DNA from: Thalia democratica
Taxonomy: Eukaryota
Length of the DNA stretch: 64,000 bases
Assembly: GCA_965202585.1 (NCBI GenBank)
Contig: OZ241826.1
Span: 74,586,001 to 74,650,000 of the forward strand
Reading direction: 5' to 3'
Shown here piece after piece: positions 9,123-22,300 of the stretch (positions are counted from its first letter, which is position 1; every line of letters starts with the position of its first letter). The notes beneath the pieces are model-generated. The model worked only from the letters and a program-made list of their open reading frames with translations, did no database searches and was not told the origin of the DNA. A program made the translations under genes and the position numbers.

Positions 9123-12100
9123 ATTTTTACCCGACTTCATCTCATGAGCTTAGCTTGAAAAAAGGTCGAATTTTGAATATTGATGCTTTGTTATTTCATG
9201 TATTGTTTTGTTGTGAAAAAGCTTTTAGTTTTTGTTATACTTAATTTTCTGTTATTGTCTTGGCTTCAATATGTGTATTGTGTTGAATATATGCGTAACT
9301 ACATTTGGTTTGTTCGATTTTATCAGAATAACTTATTTTGAAAGGTTTTAACTAGTACAACAAATGAAATAAAAAGTTAGCAAAATAGACTAATGACAAG
9401 TTCATAAATAATATTAGTTAAACTCTAAAAGTTACATGTATAATGATTTTGTTATAAACGATAACCAATTAAATTACAAAGCCGTTTACTTGTTTATTTA
9501 AAAATATAACATGTACTTAAATTTAAATATAAACTTAGTATAGTTTACTTAAACATAGTTAGAAAACTTAAACAAGTAAAAGAAGTGTTTAATAATAAAT
9601 AAAAAGCTTTCACCATCTCCGCAGAAGCTGAAAAGTATTTATGAGATAGCTTTTGATAATTTGTTATAACTGTTATTCTTAACTATATTTTAGTGAAAAG
9701 TTGTTAAAATGAGTTAAGGAAAAATAGCTTTTATTGTTATTGTTTTATCAAAAAAATTTATATTTATATATCAAACTAAATTATAGATAAATAATTTAAA
9801 GTTTCAAAAACTGATGTCGAAGTTTTATAATTGTTTCAATGGTTCAACTATTCATGTTAATACTTAGTTTAAAAATGGTTATTCTAAGAATATAATATTT
9901 AAGCTGATACGTAATTAGGCCTTGTAAATTTTTGGTCTGGTAATTATAAACATGAATCGTTTAATACTATTTATATGAACATACTAAAACCATTCAATAG
10001 ATATGCAAGAAGAACCAAGCTAAGAGTAAATAAAGTAAAACGAAAGCTACATTTGGAAAAAAGCGTATATATAAAGTCAACCAAAAGATGATAAAAATAA
10101 GAATGTACTTAAATTTAAGCTTATTTGTAATTAAATTAAAACAACTTGAGTAAATCATTATGAAATTTATTATCTTGATTACCAATATAAATTATTTTTA
10201 ATTTTTATTTAGTTTTGCTAATATACTAATTATAGCAGCAATTTTTTGATATACTTAATGTTATGTGTAAAAATGTTTTATTGCTAAAAGATTTACTTTA
10301 AGTAGGTTTATGACTGTTATGTAAGGAAATATTGATATATTCCTTATATTAAAAATTAATCGTTAATTAATACCCAAATAAAGTTTAATCAATGAAGTTA
10401 CTTTTTATTACACAACATGACTTAGAAATAGTTAATTATAAGTCAATAAACTTACAGCTAAAGTTTTAAAAAACAAACTATTTTTGGAAGCTGATTTAAT
10501 GTGTTGCAATAAATAATAAATGTAGTATGTAGCAAAAAAAAAACATTCAAGTTTTTATTATAAATAAAATATTTGTTTTAACTTTTGTGTTTAAACATTT
10601 TCAACTATAAACTTAAAGTAGCAAATTTTCTATTCCAAATATCCGAATGTCTTAAAAAAAACAAATTTGTTTATTGTTTAAGATGACACATGTGTTCGAG
10701 ATAGAGGAAAAATTGCCATTTAAAATATTCAGCTATAACTTTTTTAAGTTTGTAATTTTCAGCTAATTGTTAACAAAGTTGTAAAGACTGAACAGTTTGT
10801 TATTTAAGAAAAAGGTTTTTAAAGACTTTAAGAGTTTCTACAATTTTTTGTATATCTTAACTTAACTGTTTATTGATACCGCTTATATAACAATTCTTTT
10901 TTATTTAAAAAGAATGTACACTTCAAAAAATATTAAAGTTCATCGAAGTTACTAAAATTTCATTGAAAATTGCACTCTTTCACAAAGACCGTTTGTTTAA
11001 AATTTAGTTTTTAGTAAACTCTTTTACAGAAAAACGTAGAAGAAAAGTACGCGTGTAACAACTACTTTGAAGTGTTTGAAGTATTTATATGTGTGCACAT
11101 TTTATGGTTTAAGTTTTCATTTTTCTTGAGTTTTTCCATATCTAGTCATTTTAGTTGTATACTAAAGTTCGCATTTCAAAAAAAACTTCAGTACTAAAAG
11201 TATTTTTTTAGTGTAAAACCGTAGCCTCTGATTTTCTGTTTAAAGGAAATCCTTTTTTTTCATTCAAAAAGTACCCTACAAATTTATTTATCATTTGTTG
11301 CAGTAGTAGCTTCTACATGTTTTGTTTGTCCTTTGTGGATTGTTGTTTAGCTGATAAATATTTGAACCGTGTTTGAAAAACGAAATCAAAGTAAAAACAA
11401 TAAACGATTGTGGTTTATATTTTATATTTATCTTAAGTAAGGCTATCAATCTTAACGTAATTAAACTTTTTAGCATAATAATAAACTTATAAAAAAAAAG
11501 TAAGTAAAAAACTTTAAATATAAAAAAACATGTGTATATGTTACGTTTTAAAAATAAGAAATGTTTATTTGAAGAAAAAACTAGAAATTTGACGAAATAA
11601 ATCTAAAGACTACTTAAATCTATACATTTTCGTGTTACTTAATTAGATTTAAACAGGTATCTTTTATATTTTTAAATGAGTTTTACAAAGTTTATTTTTT
11701 ATATTTTTTTGAAATAGATAGTCTTGCAAAAAGAAATTAAATAATAATAAAATTGTATGTACTTGATTGCTAAATATGTGTGAGGTTTTTGAGAATTTGC
11801 TGTGTACAACCACTTCATTTTTATGATTATTTTATCCGCTAGAAGTCTATATAAAACCTCTTTAACAAAAACTGCTAAGTTTTTTGTACAGTAAACCTTA
11901 ACTTAATGTTGAAAGTATATTAGAAAATTTTAAGAAAAAAAAATTACATTCAATTAAAACACTTAAATCTTACAATAAAGTTTTTTACTACTTATGTTAG
12001 ACTTATATGTTGTAAACTTGGAGTTTTTTATTTTTCCTTATATTTTAACACCATAAACTTACGTCTAACTTTTTTATAAATCTTTAAAGTTTTAAAATGG

Positions 12101-12912
12101 CATATGTTTTTACATTAAAACTTAACTTGTCTGTTTTTTACATATTTTGCTTTACTAAGTTTTTTCTTTATACTATAAAAGTTTCAACAGAATATTTTAA
12201 ATATAATTTCAGGTTCAATAAAGTTGTATATTAAAGTTTTTTTGATACACGTATGCTTTGAATACTTTTTTAATCACAAAACTTATTATTATTTTTATGG
12301 TAATAGTTTCATTACAATTGATTATTTATTTAGGCCAAAATGTTCAGATAAAACTTATCTAATTTCATAAAATATTTAAATCTTACAAATACAACTATAT
12401 TAACCAAGCGTTCAAACTTACATTATAATCGTCATAACTTACGTACTGAGAACTTATATTCTGTTTTAGAACATAATCATAGTTATTATTTTTAGCAACA
12501 GTAAAAAAACATTTAAACTTGTTCTGCAAAAAAAATCAATGTATCGATCAACTATCAAAATATGCAATTATGTTTTTGAAAATTGTAAATAAAAAACTGC
12601 AAAAAGTCAACTATTAAGCAAATTTAGGTCCTCAGCTTCACTAAACTTTTACTTAAAAACTTCGAAAAACAAAAGAGTTAATACGAACTCAAATTAAAAT
12701 AAAGAGCTTGTTAGAAATTTGATGCAGGATTTTAGATCATATTAGGTACATTTATTAGATTACTTTCTACTTAATTGTTGTACCAATAATAGTTATACTT
12801 TTATTCAAACCTTTAATTCCGTAGTTTATACGTATTTTTTATGCTTAAAAGTACATAAATCTCTGCATTACATTTGCACAACACTAACTTGGACAGATTA
12901 AATTTAATATAA

Positions 12913-13240
12913 CAGTGCGGAAGCCTTTTATTTGAAATGGGCCAGATTCCATACAAAAAATTGCCCGCTCGCCGCACTGCACCGAAAAAATCTTTTTGCG
13001 GACCGCAGTTGTTTAAAACAGCTACAGCTATCAATATAAAAGTAAAAAAGGTTTATAGCTGTTTGTACTTAACTAAAAATGTGATAAACAAGCAACCATT
13101 AATCACTAACAACTAGTAATTATAAAATTAAGAGTCTAATTGTTATTGTTCAACGAAAGTATTTTTTTATTTATCTTAAAAAAAATGTTTAAGTAGAAAA
13201 TACATCGCGGGCGGCAGTTTTATTTTTCTTGCGGGCTAGC
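12913..13240 (+). mobile_element. Truncated Charlie-like hAT MITE
   Basis: Starts cagtgcggaagcctttt. Segment 12913-13030 is homologous in inverted orientation to 46686-46801. A cgcgggcggca motif lies near 13206. Confidence 0.6.
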
Positions 13241-13379
13241 TTCTATAATAAATAATAAAAGTAATCTAAAATACTGAATAAATACTAAATAAAATCTAAA
13301 GGTATCTATAAAATAGATAAAGCAAAGTAAGTCCATTTCTTTGAACTCACAACCAAAGCACTAAGTGGTACAAGGAATA

Positions 13380-13960
13380 TAAAAAATGTTTGCGCAATAC
13401 ACTTCAAAGTAACAAGTTTTTCAAAACACCCACAAACATATTCTTACACCTGTAACTCTTACGTTCATGAACTTTACAGGGTTCACTCTGCACAACTCGC
13501 TCAAGATATTCTCACACGATATGAAGCCTTCGTTGCCTCAAAAACTTTCTCCTAACGTCTTGCGCGGCACCAAAGTTCTACCGCCAGATAAAAACTTACG
13601 TAATTGATATGATACATGTAATGACCGCCAGCGCAACCTCGAATTCCCATGAAAGCCTCTCTTCTTTGCGCGAGGGTCGCAAACAATATCTCATGCAGTA
13701 AGACGGCCGGAGCGGCAAAGCAACAGAACGATCCAAATCAACGATAAGAATCAACAGAGACCTGAACGGCGGAGATCAGTGAAAGTTGCCGCCCGTCATC
13801 AAACGGGGCCACGCTTGCCAAATAAAAGTCGCAGTCGGGATATCTCGTTAATCCGACATTTACAATTCTCTTGTTTCTAATATCGGTCACCGCGTGTATG
13901 ACCCCGCAGATTAAATCAAAAGTTAAAGCGGTGCAGTAGAAAGGCAAAGGTCTTGTGAAA
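13380..13960. promoter_or_regulatory. GC/CpG-rich non-coding island about 2.2 kb upstream of the first Dlx coding exon (candidate promoter or enhancer)
   Basis: Sharp rise in GC/CpG over the background, no convincing ORF, and an AGTCGCAGT motif at 13827. Function is inferred. Confidence 0.45.
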
Positions 13961-16231
13961 CAAAAAACAAAATCGACAAGAACTATTAAAACTTAAACGC
14001 ATACAGGATTTTAATTTCTGTATTAGAACTTTGACACAAACTTACAGTTTTGGTACTTTGTATTTTTCAATGTCATATTTTAGCTAAATTTTAATTGTGA
14101 TAAAACAAGTAAAAGAAAAAAAAAGGCTTACTTAAAACAATTTTATTTAACTGATAAAACCTTGTGTTGTTAACCAAATAAGTAAATATCAAATAATGTT
14201 GCATACCAAACACAATATTTGTATGGAAAACTATAAATACTGATTGATGCTTCTTAATTGATTACTTAGCGGCTTTTGAGAGGTATAAACAATACACCGT
14301 CTTATTTTCTTCACATTTTAAAACTTAAATAAAAGTCTGATATACCTGACTAATCTATTCAAGTTTTAATTCAAATCAGTAAACTATCTTTTAATAATCT
14401 ATAGAGAAGTTTAAAAAAGTGCTAAGTTTATTTATTTTTAGTTTAAAAAAATTAGTAAAGTTTTTGTATATACGTAGTTTATGATTTTAAATTAACACTC
14501 AAAAACTAAGCTTATCCTTTTAAGTGTTTATTAACCATTTTATTTAGTTACAGTAAGTACATATGTTAGCTTATGGATTTTTAACAGATAAATTAACTAA
14601 AAAAATTATAGAATGATTGCTGAAACAGAAACATGTTAAAACTATATAAAAAATAAGTTTATTTTGATGCAAAAACACTTTAGTGCTAGTTTTTTCAAAT
14701 CATAGCAGTCAACAAAACTAGCTCTAGAAATATTTAAAAGTATATAGTAAATACATATCTTTAAATGTATGATAGTACAAATATTAAGTCTTTTGTTAGT
14801 TTTACGAAACAAATTCTTAACTGGAAAATAAAAACTTATAATATAAATTAGTATATTTTTTGTAGTCGTAACGTACTAATATAAATTTTTCAATATGTTT
14901 TTAAAACCAACAAAGTTAATATTGCTTTATTTCAAATACTGTTGTTTATTAACAAGTTTAGTTTTATATAAGTTCTAAACCTGTTAAAAAATGTAGTAAA
15001 CAATAATAAGTGATTAAAAAACTAAAGAAAACATCTTAGTTAGGTCTACAATTTATAAGCAAGCATATAGTATTTCAAGTAAAATAAATATGTTTTGCTT
15101 TCGGTCTTTGACCGAAACTTAAGTTTGTAAAACAAATTCTTGAAAGAATAAATTCATTAAATATGTTTTGCTGTGATTTAACAATAGTAATATAAATTAC
15201 TGGTTTCGTTCATTATATAATTGACCTTAGCTGAAGTACTTAAAGTGCTAAAAGGTCACAAAGTATTTCCAGCTTTTAATGTAAACACTAACTGACAAGC
15301 TTCATGCTTTAAAAAAGAATTCTTAAGAAAAATATTCTGTGTATAGTAAATTTACTTATAAAACTTTAGCTTAGTTATTATTTCTATATACTTTTTTCCT
15401 ATAAGCTTATTTTTTTAAATTACTAATTAAATAAATAATATAAGTTTTAGCTTCTGGTATAAGTGTTACTGAAGAAGTTATTTTAGTTAACAATTTTTAA
15501 ATTTTTACATATGTCTTTGTTTTTAAACAGTGTAACTTTAATACACAAATAGATTTAGTTATCGCAAAAAAAAATCCTCAAATTAATTTTAATTTAAAAC
15601 AGATAACAGTTATATTTTTAATTTATTTGTCGAATCCTTTTATATTTGACTTTTAACTAAAAACTGATTAAAAACCTTGTAGTTTTAAATACCATACCAG
15701 TTATAAAAAAGTATCTAGTAGTAAGAAAAACTTTGGTGCTAAGTAAAACATTAGGAGTAAATATATAGTTATCGTGTGACAAGATCTTAAGTGCGCTTTG
15801 AAGAATGAAACATTAAAAGTTCATTTAGGTAAGAGTTACAGGTGCTAAAATAAATTTTTATATATTATGAAACAACTGATTGCTTTGAAGTGCATTGCGT
15901 ATTTTTTTTTTTATTAATAAGTTTTTGTTAGGTACAAAACACTTGAAATTTTGTTTTGTTACTGTTAACAATTTCTTTCAAAGTTATGCTAGCAATAAGT
16001 CATAGCTTACTTTTAGCATGCTATAAAACATTTTTAAACAGTAGGTAGCGCCAAAGAACACTGCTATTTGTAAATCAGGAAAAAAAAGTACATCGTTTTT
16101 ATTTTTTTTATTGGAAATTCATTGAACTTCTTACAACTTCTTCGACTGGAAATACACAGAAGCGCTTACCGAAGTCGCAAGCACAATTTTCAACACCGTC
16201 ACAAAGCAAAGAGTGAGTTGCTGCTGTTGTT

Positions 16232-16321
16232 ATGGCTACAACGTCGTCGAACCAATCAAAAATAGGCTTCAGCAACTGTCCGCCAATGACATTAGACGAG
16301 GTTTCTACTGCTGGTCAGCAG
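16232..16321 (+). CDS. Dlx: Dlx probable first coding exon [30 protein letters not shown]
   Basis: ATG at 16232; strong donor CAG|GTAAGA at 16322; phase 0 matches the acceptor at 20332. Linkage to Dlx is inferred. Confidence 0.6.
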
Positions 16322-19300
16322 GTAAGAACTATAGTTTGTCTCATTCATTGTCTATTAAAAAAAAAAGATAAACCGCTTTAAATTTTTCAATAAAATTATT
16401 TCATTTTTTTCACAGTACTTCCGTGATTATTGTTACTACTAACTTCGCAAAATTAGTGTTATTGATAGCAAAAACTGTTTGTATTAAAAATAAAAAATAA
16501 ACAGTTTTTTATGCAATAACTACCACTATAAAAATGCTCATCATTTAAATTTGAAAACAAATGTAGTTGGATATTTATGGTACTTTTATAATTGAAGACA
16601 TAAAAAACAGAACGACAGATTTAAAACTATAAGCCAAGCTTTTTAAAGCTAACAGTACATTTGAGCATTTTGTTATCAAAAATAAAGGTTTAATTTTTAT
16701 TAAGTTTTGTATATATAGTTATAACTTAGTTTTATAGTATTTTTCATTCAATTTACAAATTTGCATTTCTAAAACAAACATGAGTAAAAGCTAGCTTACT
16801 TATATTTAACACTTTCTTAACTTTTTAAAAGCTACAAAAAAACTATGTTCATGTTTAGTTTGATTGATAACAGCATTTTTTAGTTTAGTATCTTATGAAC
16901 TCGGTTATATAAAACAATAACTCAAAACAAAACGCTAAACCAGTTATAGGTACTTAAAATATAATTAAGTAATGTAAAAAAGATCACTCTATAAAAAACA
17001 AAGTTATATATTAGTAGTTATAAAAATAACTATTGTGACTTTTTGAAATTTCAAAACAGATTAGTAAGTAGCTAAATATACTAAATTATAAATAACTAAA
17101 ATATAACCTAAACTTTGTTAAAAATTAAGTTTCAAATCAAAGTAATAAAAGTTTATTTTTAGTTTATAGTTATTTAAAAAACGACAAGTTTTAATGTTTA
17201 TATATTGTTTTTTCAAAAAAAGAATGACACTAATGTCTTTAAAAAGTTGTTTTAGATAAAACTATTCAAAAAGTATATACATATACTTGTGTATTAAGTG
17301 CTAGGTTTTAAAAATATATTTTAACAATACTTTTATATTTATTCGTCAAAAATTAAATACTATTAAAAGTACTTTAGCATGGTAAAATTATATTTGTACA
17401 TATTAAAAAGAAAGGGTGATTTTTAAGTATTTGTACTAAATTTGAAGTTAATAATAATTTTTATACATAAACTTTTTTATTATTTAAAATCCTAAATTTT
17501 AGTAATTTATATGATTATTTAAAAAATATATAAAAACTTTTTGTTTAAAGTTTTGTAGTAGTTACTAAGAATAAGTGCTAAATAAAAGTTTTGAAAATAA
17601 ATTTCGTGATAATCTTTTAAATAAAAATATAAGCAAATGGTAAAACTAAAAGAGTCTAGTATCTAAATATACTTGTATTGTTTGTTTTCTTTTAATGTAA
17701 CCAATTAACGAAACCAATCTATTGATACCAAATCCAAGGCAAAAGTGTTGTGCAATTAAAATTATATTGCAGATGCTTAAGCGGCTAAAATGGCTACAGC
17801 GCGAAAAACTTTTCACTTTGGTGAGGGTCGCAAATTAGTTAACTCGAAAAAGTTGGCCGTCTTTGCGCGAAGCGAAGTTTTAATAATTAAAATCCCGCTT
17901 TTGAAGTCTATATTCGCTCATTTTGACCACCTACTGATAAGATGCTTGGATGTTTCAAATAAATAACTGCTTAATATTCACAAACACTTAATTTTCCACC
18001 ACTGGGCTTGATGTCGCCGGTTGCTAAGCGCCCTTCATCCCTAGCAACGGCGAGATGATCAAACTGCTTCTGTGACGCTGACGATGTTGTGTGTGATGAG
18101 ATAGGAAAGCGTCGGCGCGGCGCGCTTTGATCTCCGATGCAGCCGAGGCGAGGGTTAGGTGGGTGGCTCGATCGGTGATGAGAATGAGAAACTGTGAAAG
18201 AAGGGAAAAAAGAAAAGTGCATAGAAATTAGCAGCACGAAAGAAAGTTAACGAATTATTTATGCGCGGCAGGGTTGAGCTAAAGTTCACTTTTTTTAGCT
18301 TTTGGCGCAGATATTAAAACTGCGCGAGGCTTTGACACTTTCTGGTTTTTTTCACTCGCTTTGTTGTAGCCAGTCTGTACATGTTAAAGTACATTGTTTT
18401 GAGTAAGCTTACAAAGTGTAGAATTATAAAAGAGGATAAGTATCAAGTCAGAAACACGATATTAAGAATGACGTAAATCTGATTTATAAATAGTTAACAA
18501 AAAGCAGTACTTCGTTAACACTTTTATTTTCTCAGTGAGCAGTGCCAGCGTGCTCTAAATAACTTTCTAGGAAATTAGATTTTTGTTGGAAATTTTAAAT
18601 TGCTTTTTTGTTTGGTTAATTTTGAATAGTATTGTAATTACATGGTGTGTGCAAGTGTTAAGTACTTAGATGCTTAGTAAATCCGGTAATAAGTGGTCAG
18701 TGCAAAGTGCGGGCAATTACGGTTTAGCTTACGAATTGAACGCTAGCTTTTGCATCTTACAATTACAAAACAATATATTTTGCACTACGTTGAGAGTAGT
18801 TTGTCAGAGTTTTTCTGTGTGTTAAACATTATTAAAAAAATATGTTATTAGAACTTTGCATTCAAAAATTTAAATAATTTGTTGAGATAAAAAAATATAA
18901 ACTATGTTGGAAAATTTTCTAGAAAAAAATATTCCTTTTTTTTTGTTAAAATTAATTATAAAAAAACAACTCACAACTATTTATCGTAAAGTTAATACAT
19001 CGTTTTATCATTTTTACACTTAAATCTTCTAGTAAAGTATTATTCAAAAAACTTTTGATTATGAGGCTATATACTATAGGCTGAGCTTTGATTAATTTTA
19101 TAAGTTTATTGTATTCATAAAGCTAAACCTTTGGTAATGTTTTACATACATAGTTTTACTAACTATTAGTACAGTTTGAGATACAAGTGTCGAAGAAAAA
19201 ACTTAATTGCCAACGTTCTCCGTAAATGCTAACTTTTAATAAAATGTCGTTAACTTTTGTGACAATAAATCACACGAGCTTTGGTTTCGAAAGCAGGAAA

Positions 19301-22300
19301 ATTCAGATTTGAGTCGCAGTTTTGCGGCTGAACCGTCATGACTCTTTGTTTGGCGTTTAGCGCCGCTTTCACGGAGCCTTTTGAGAAAGTCTCGCAGTCA
19401 GCCGAAAATTAAACTTTTCAGTCTCCCACACAAGCAAAATAACATGACAAGGACAACAAGAAAACAAAAACAAAACACACACAAAGACGAATGAGTAATG
19501 GCCGAAAAATTGAACATCATCGCAGGCCGAAAGCTCCTTTCGATTTTTAATCACATTGCCGGGGGCCATCGATCGAATTACTTAGCGACGGTCGCCATGG
19601 CAACCGAGCTTTCCAGCTTGCTGCTGCTTCGTATACACGGTGTCGAACGGCGATTTTATTCGAGAAGCCGTTCTCTGTGGATAGGTAACCGTACACTCTC
19701 AGGCAGATACTGCCCTTTACGCCATCTCTTTGTGGAGATGTGGCTGCCGAACACCGGAGGTGGAGATTTAGCGACCGGAGAGCGCTTGATAAAGATCAGT
19801 TCTCGCATGTTCCTTCGCACGCCAGTAATTACCGCACACTGGTAATTGCAGAGCAGCCAGCATCTCGACGTGTTTGGAAACCCGACACCGCCAAAACGAT
19901 CTCACCTCTCGCTACGTCAGCAGAGAAGAAGCTTTGCATTGTGACGTCGGCGCGAAGTTTCGCTGCTACTGGCTGCTGAGCGGTGTCTTAAGACCTTTTT
20001 AATCCATCGCAATATGCATTAGTGATTATTTTTTGACGTGCCCACGTCTACTTACGGTAGAGTAAATGGATACTGGGATGGATATCAAAGGCATATTTTC
20101 ACGACTATTCATATTTTTTCACAGGTTGTTAAAAAATATTTTCAAAATTTCCAATCTTACTCTATGATTAAAGAGGAAAGCAGAAACATGTTTGACAACG
20201 TAAGAGTTTTTAGTTTGTATATTAATACACCTATTTTTACTCAAGTTTAGTTTCACACATAGCAAGTATTCAGGATAAACCTTTTTTTATTTTTTTACAC
20301 TTCACCATATAAAACTTTCTAAACATTTTAGGCCGACTCTCAACAAGCCTACAACAACTACGACTACTACAACCGCTCTGCCAGAGACTTCCCCTCGATC
20401 CAGCGGGTCGCCGCCACCACCCCATACGGCGGGTCCATGTCGACAACCAACAGCCCTATGTACAACCTGAGCGGCGGCGGGGCGTCCGGCTCGACCTACC
20501 ACAGCTCGTACCAGTCGCCGGGCGGGGCGATGGTGCCCGCGTGCGGACCTCTGGCTCCACCCAGTGGTGACATGATGTCCCAGTCGACGGTCGGCTACCC
20601 GGGTTCGATGCACGCCGGGTTCCAGGGCGGCCAGAGCTACGGGTCGTCGCAGATGCCGGGCGGCTACTCGAGCTACCCGTACAGCGGCAACCCGGCTGCA
20701 GGATACAACCAGCTCATCGGGCACCCGTACTCCAACATGCAGGGCATAGATTTGCACGGTTCGTTGAGTTTACTTTTTAAAGGTTTTGTTTTAATTTCAG
20801 AGTTTATTTATTGTTGATTGCAACGCTTAAATGTATAAAAGTATTTTTCACAATACAATGTTTGACAAAGTTGTTTTCAATTGGTTAGAAATCTGCACTG
20901 TAGCAGCATTTTGATTTAAAAATATTTTTCTTTAAGTATTATAATTAATCTGCATCTTTCTTTAAAACTTTTGTTAAAGTTCAGCATTTCCAATCTTATA
21001 GTGTTTATTTATTTGGCCTTTAAACAGCAAGAGGTTTGGCAATTTCGACAAAGTCGTGATGTAGGCGCACAGTAACTTTAGATAGTGCATGACACCTGAT
21101 ACCAGGTTAAATTTTTAGGTAGACCATAAGTGCAATATAAATTTACAGCAGGTGTTCCACATCACAAAAGCTTATTATTGTGTTAGCGTGTGACAGACCG
21201 AAAACGATTTAAAACAGCTCAAGTTTATCAAACATATACATGTATTATATATATATATATATAGCGAAAATGTTAAGGCTATAAACAAATTGGTACTGTT
21301 TCTACTAAATTTCCATATCAAATCATTGCCATAAAACTCCTGCAATTATAAAAGATACAAAAAACAAAAACTTGATATTTTGCACTTGACATATAAGTAC
21401 TTTTATAAAATTAAGAAGTTGTAGTAAAACGTTGTTGCTAAAAAGCCACGATAAGCCCCTTGACAAAACCAAACGATATCTTGTCTTTGTTTTTCTTATA
21501 AATTTATATTGTTTTTTTCATATGTAGGTTTTGTAGATCTGTTATCCAACGTTTTACAAGTATTTTACAAGGTTTTAAACGTGATAAACCCGTGTTAACA
21601 GTTTTTTAATATATTAGTTCCAAATTTAGTTTGCTTCTTATAGCGTGTTTTGCAGTTTTGTATTTCTATTGGCTGCTTATAACAAATTTTTTTCTAGTGT
21701 TCCTTAACTATTAACCCTTTTATTTAATTTCAAAGATCAAAGGTTTTGAAAGTTTTTAAAACAATGTTTGATTGAAAATCAGGTTCGTGATGCTTGTTTT
21801 TTAACTTGTTTGACTACTTTTTTACTTCACGGTTATGTTATGTTAATAAGAAACCTATTTTCTGCTGAAGAAGTTAAGAAAAAACTTTAAAACAAACCTT
21901 TAAAAAGGAAATGTAATTTTAGCGAATTCTGCCTGATTTTCACTGTTTATTTTTTACCAAGTGTGCTGTTTTAATTGATTTAAATTTTTAGGCGTATTTA
22001 CAAGAAATAAATTTCTGATTGAACGCAGCGTTTATTCAATTAATTCCATTTACATAATCTCCTTGAAACGCAACAAAACAATGCAAACTATAAATAGACC
22101 TTGGTAGTTAGCGACACTTTCAAAACACGAACCAATAGCGTCAGTTGATCGGTTTTCACAAAAAGCCGGCGCAATGATTAATTGAGTGGTATTTGGACCT
22201 CTTCAGCAGTTTGTTTACAGTTAACAAATGTCGTCAAGTGCGCGATTTGCAAGCATCAATCAAGAATTCGCTTTCTTTTCACAATAAATACTCTGGTGCG

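Noticed and set aside
19369-19979. ORFs of 66-115 aa in the intron-1 island as Dlx exons or a separate gene
   Set aside because: They overlap in several frames and strands, with no domain, codon bias or compatible splice sites. They are better explained by GC-rich regulatory DNA.
20302-20757. Antisense 151-aa ORF
   Set aside because: Shadow of the GC3-biased Dlx exon 2.
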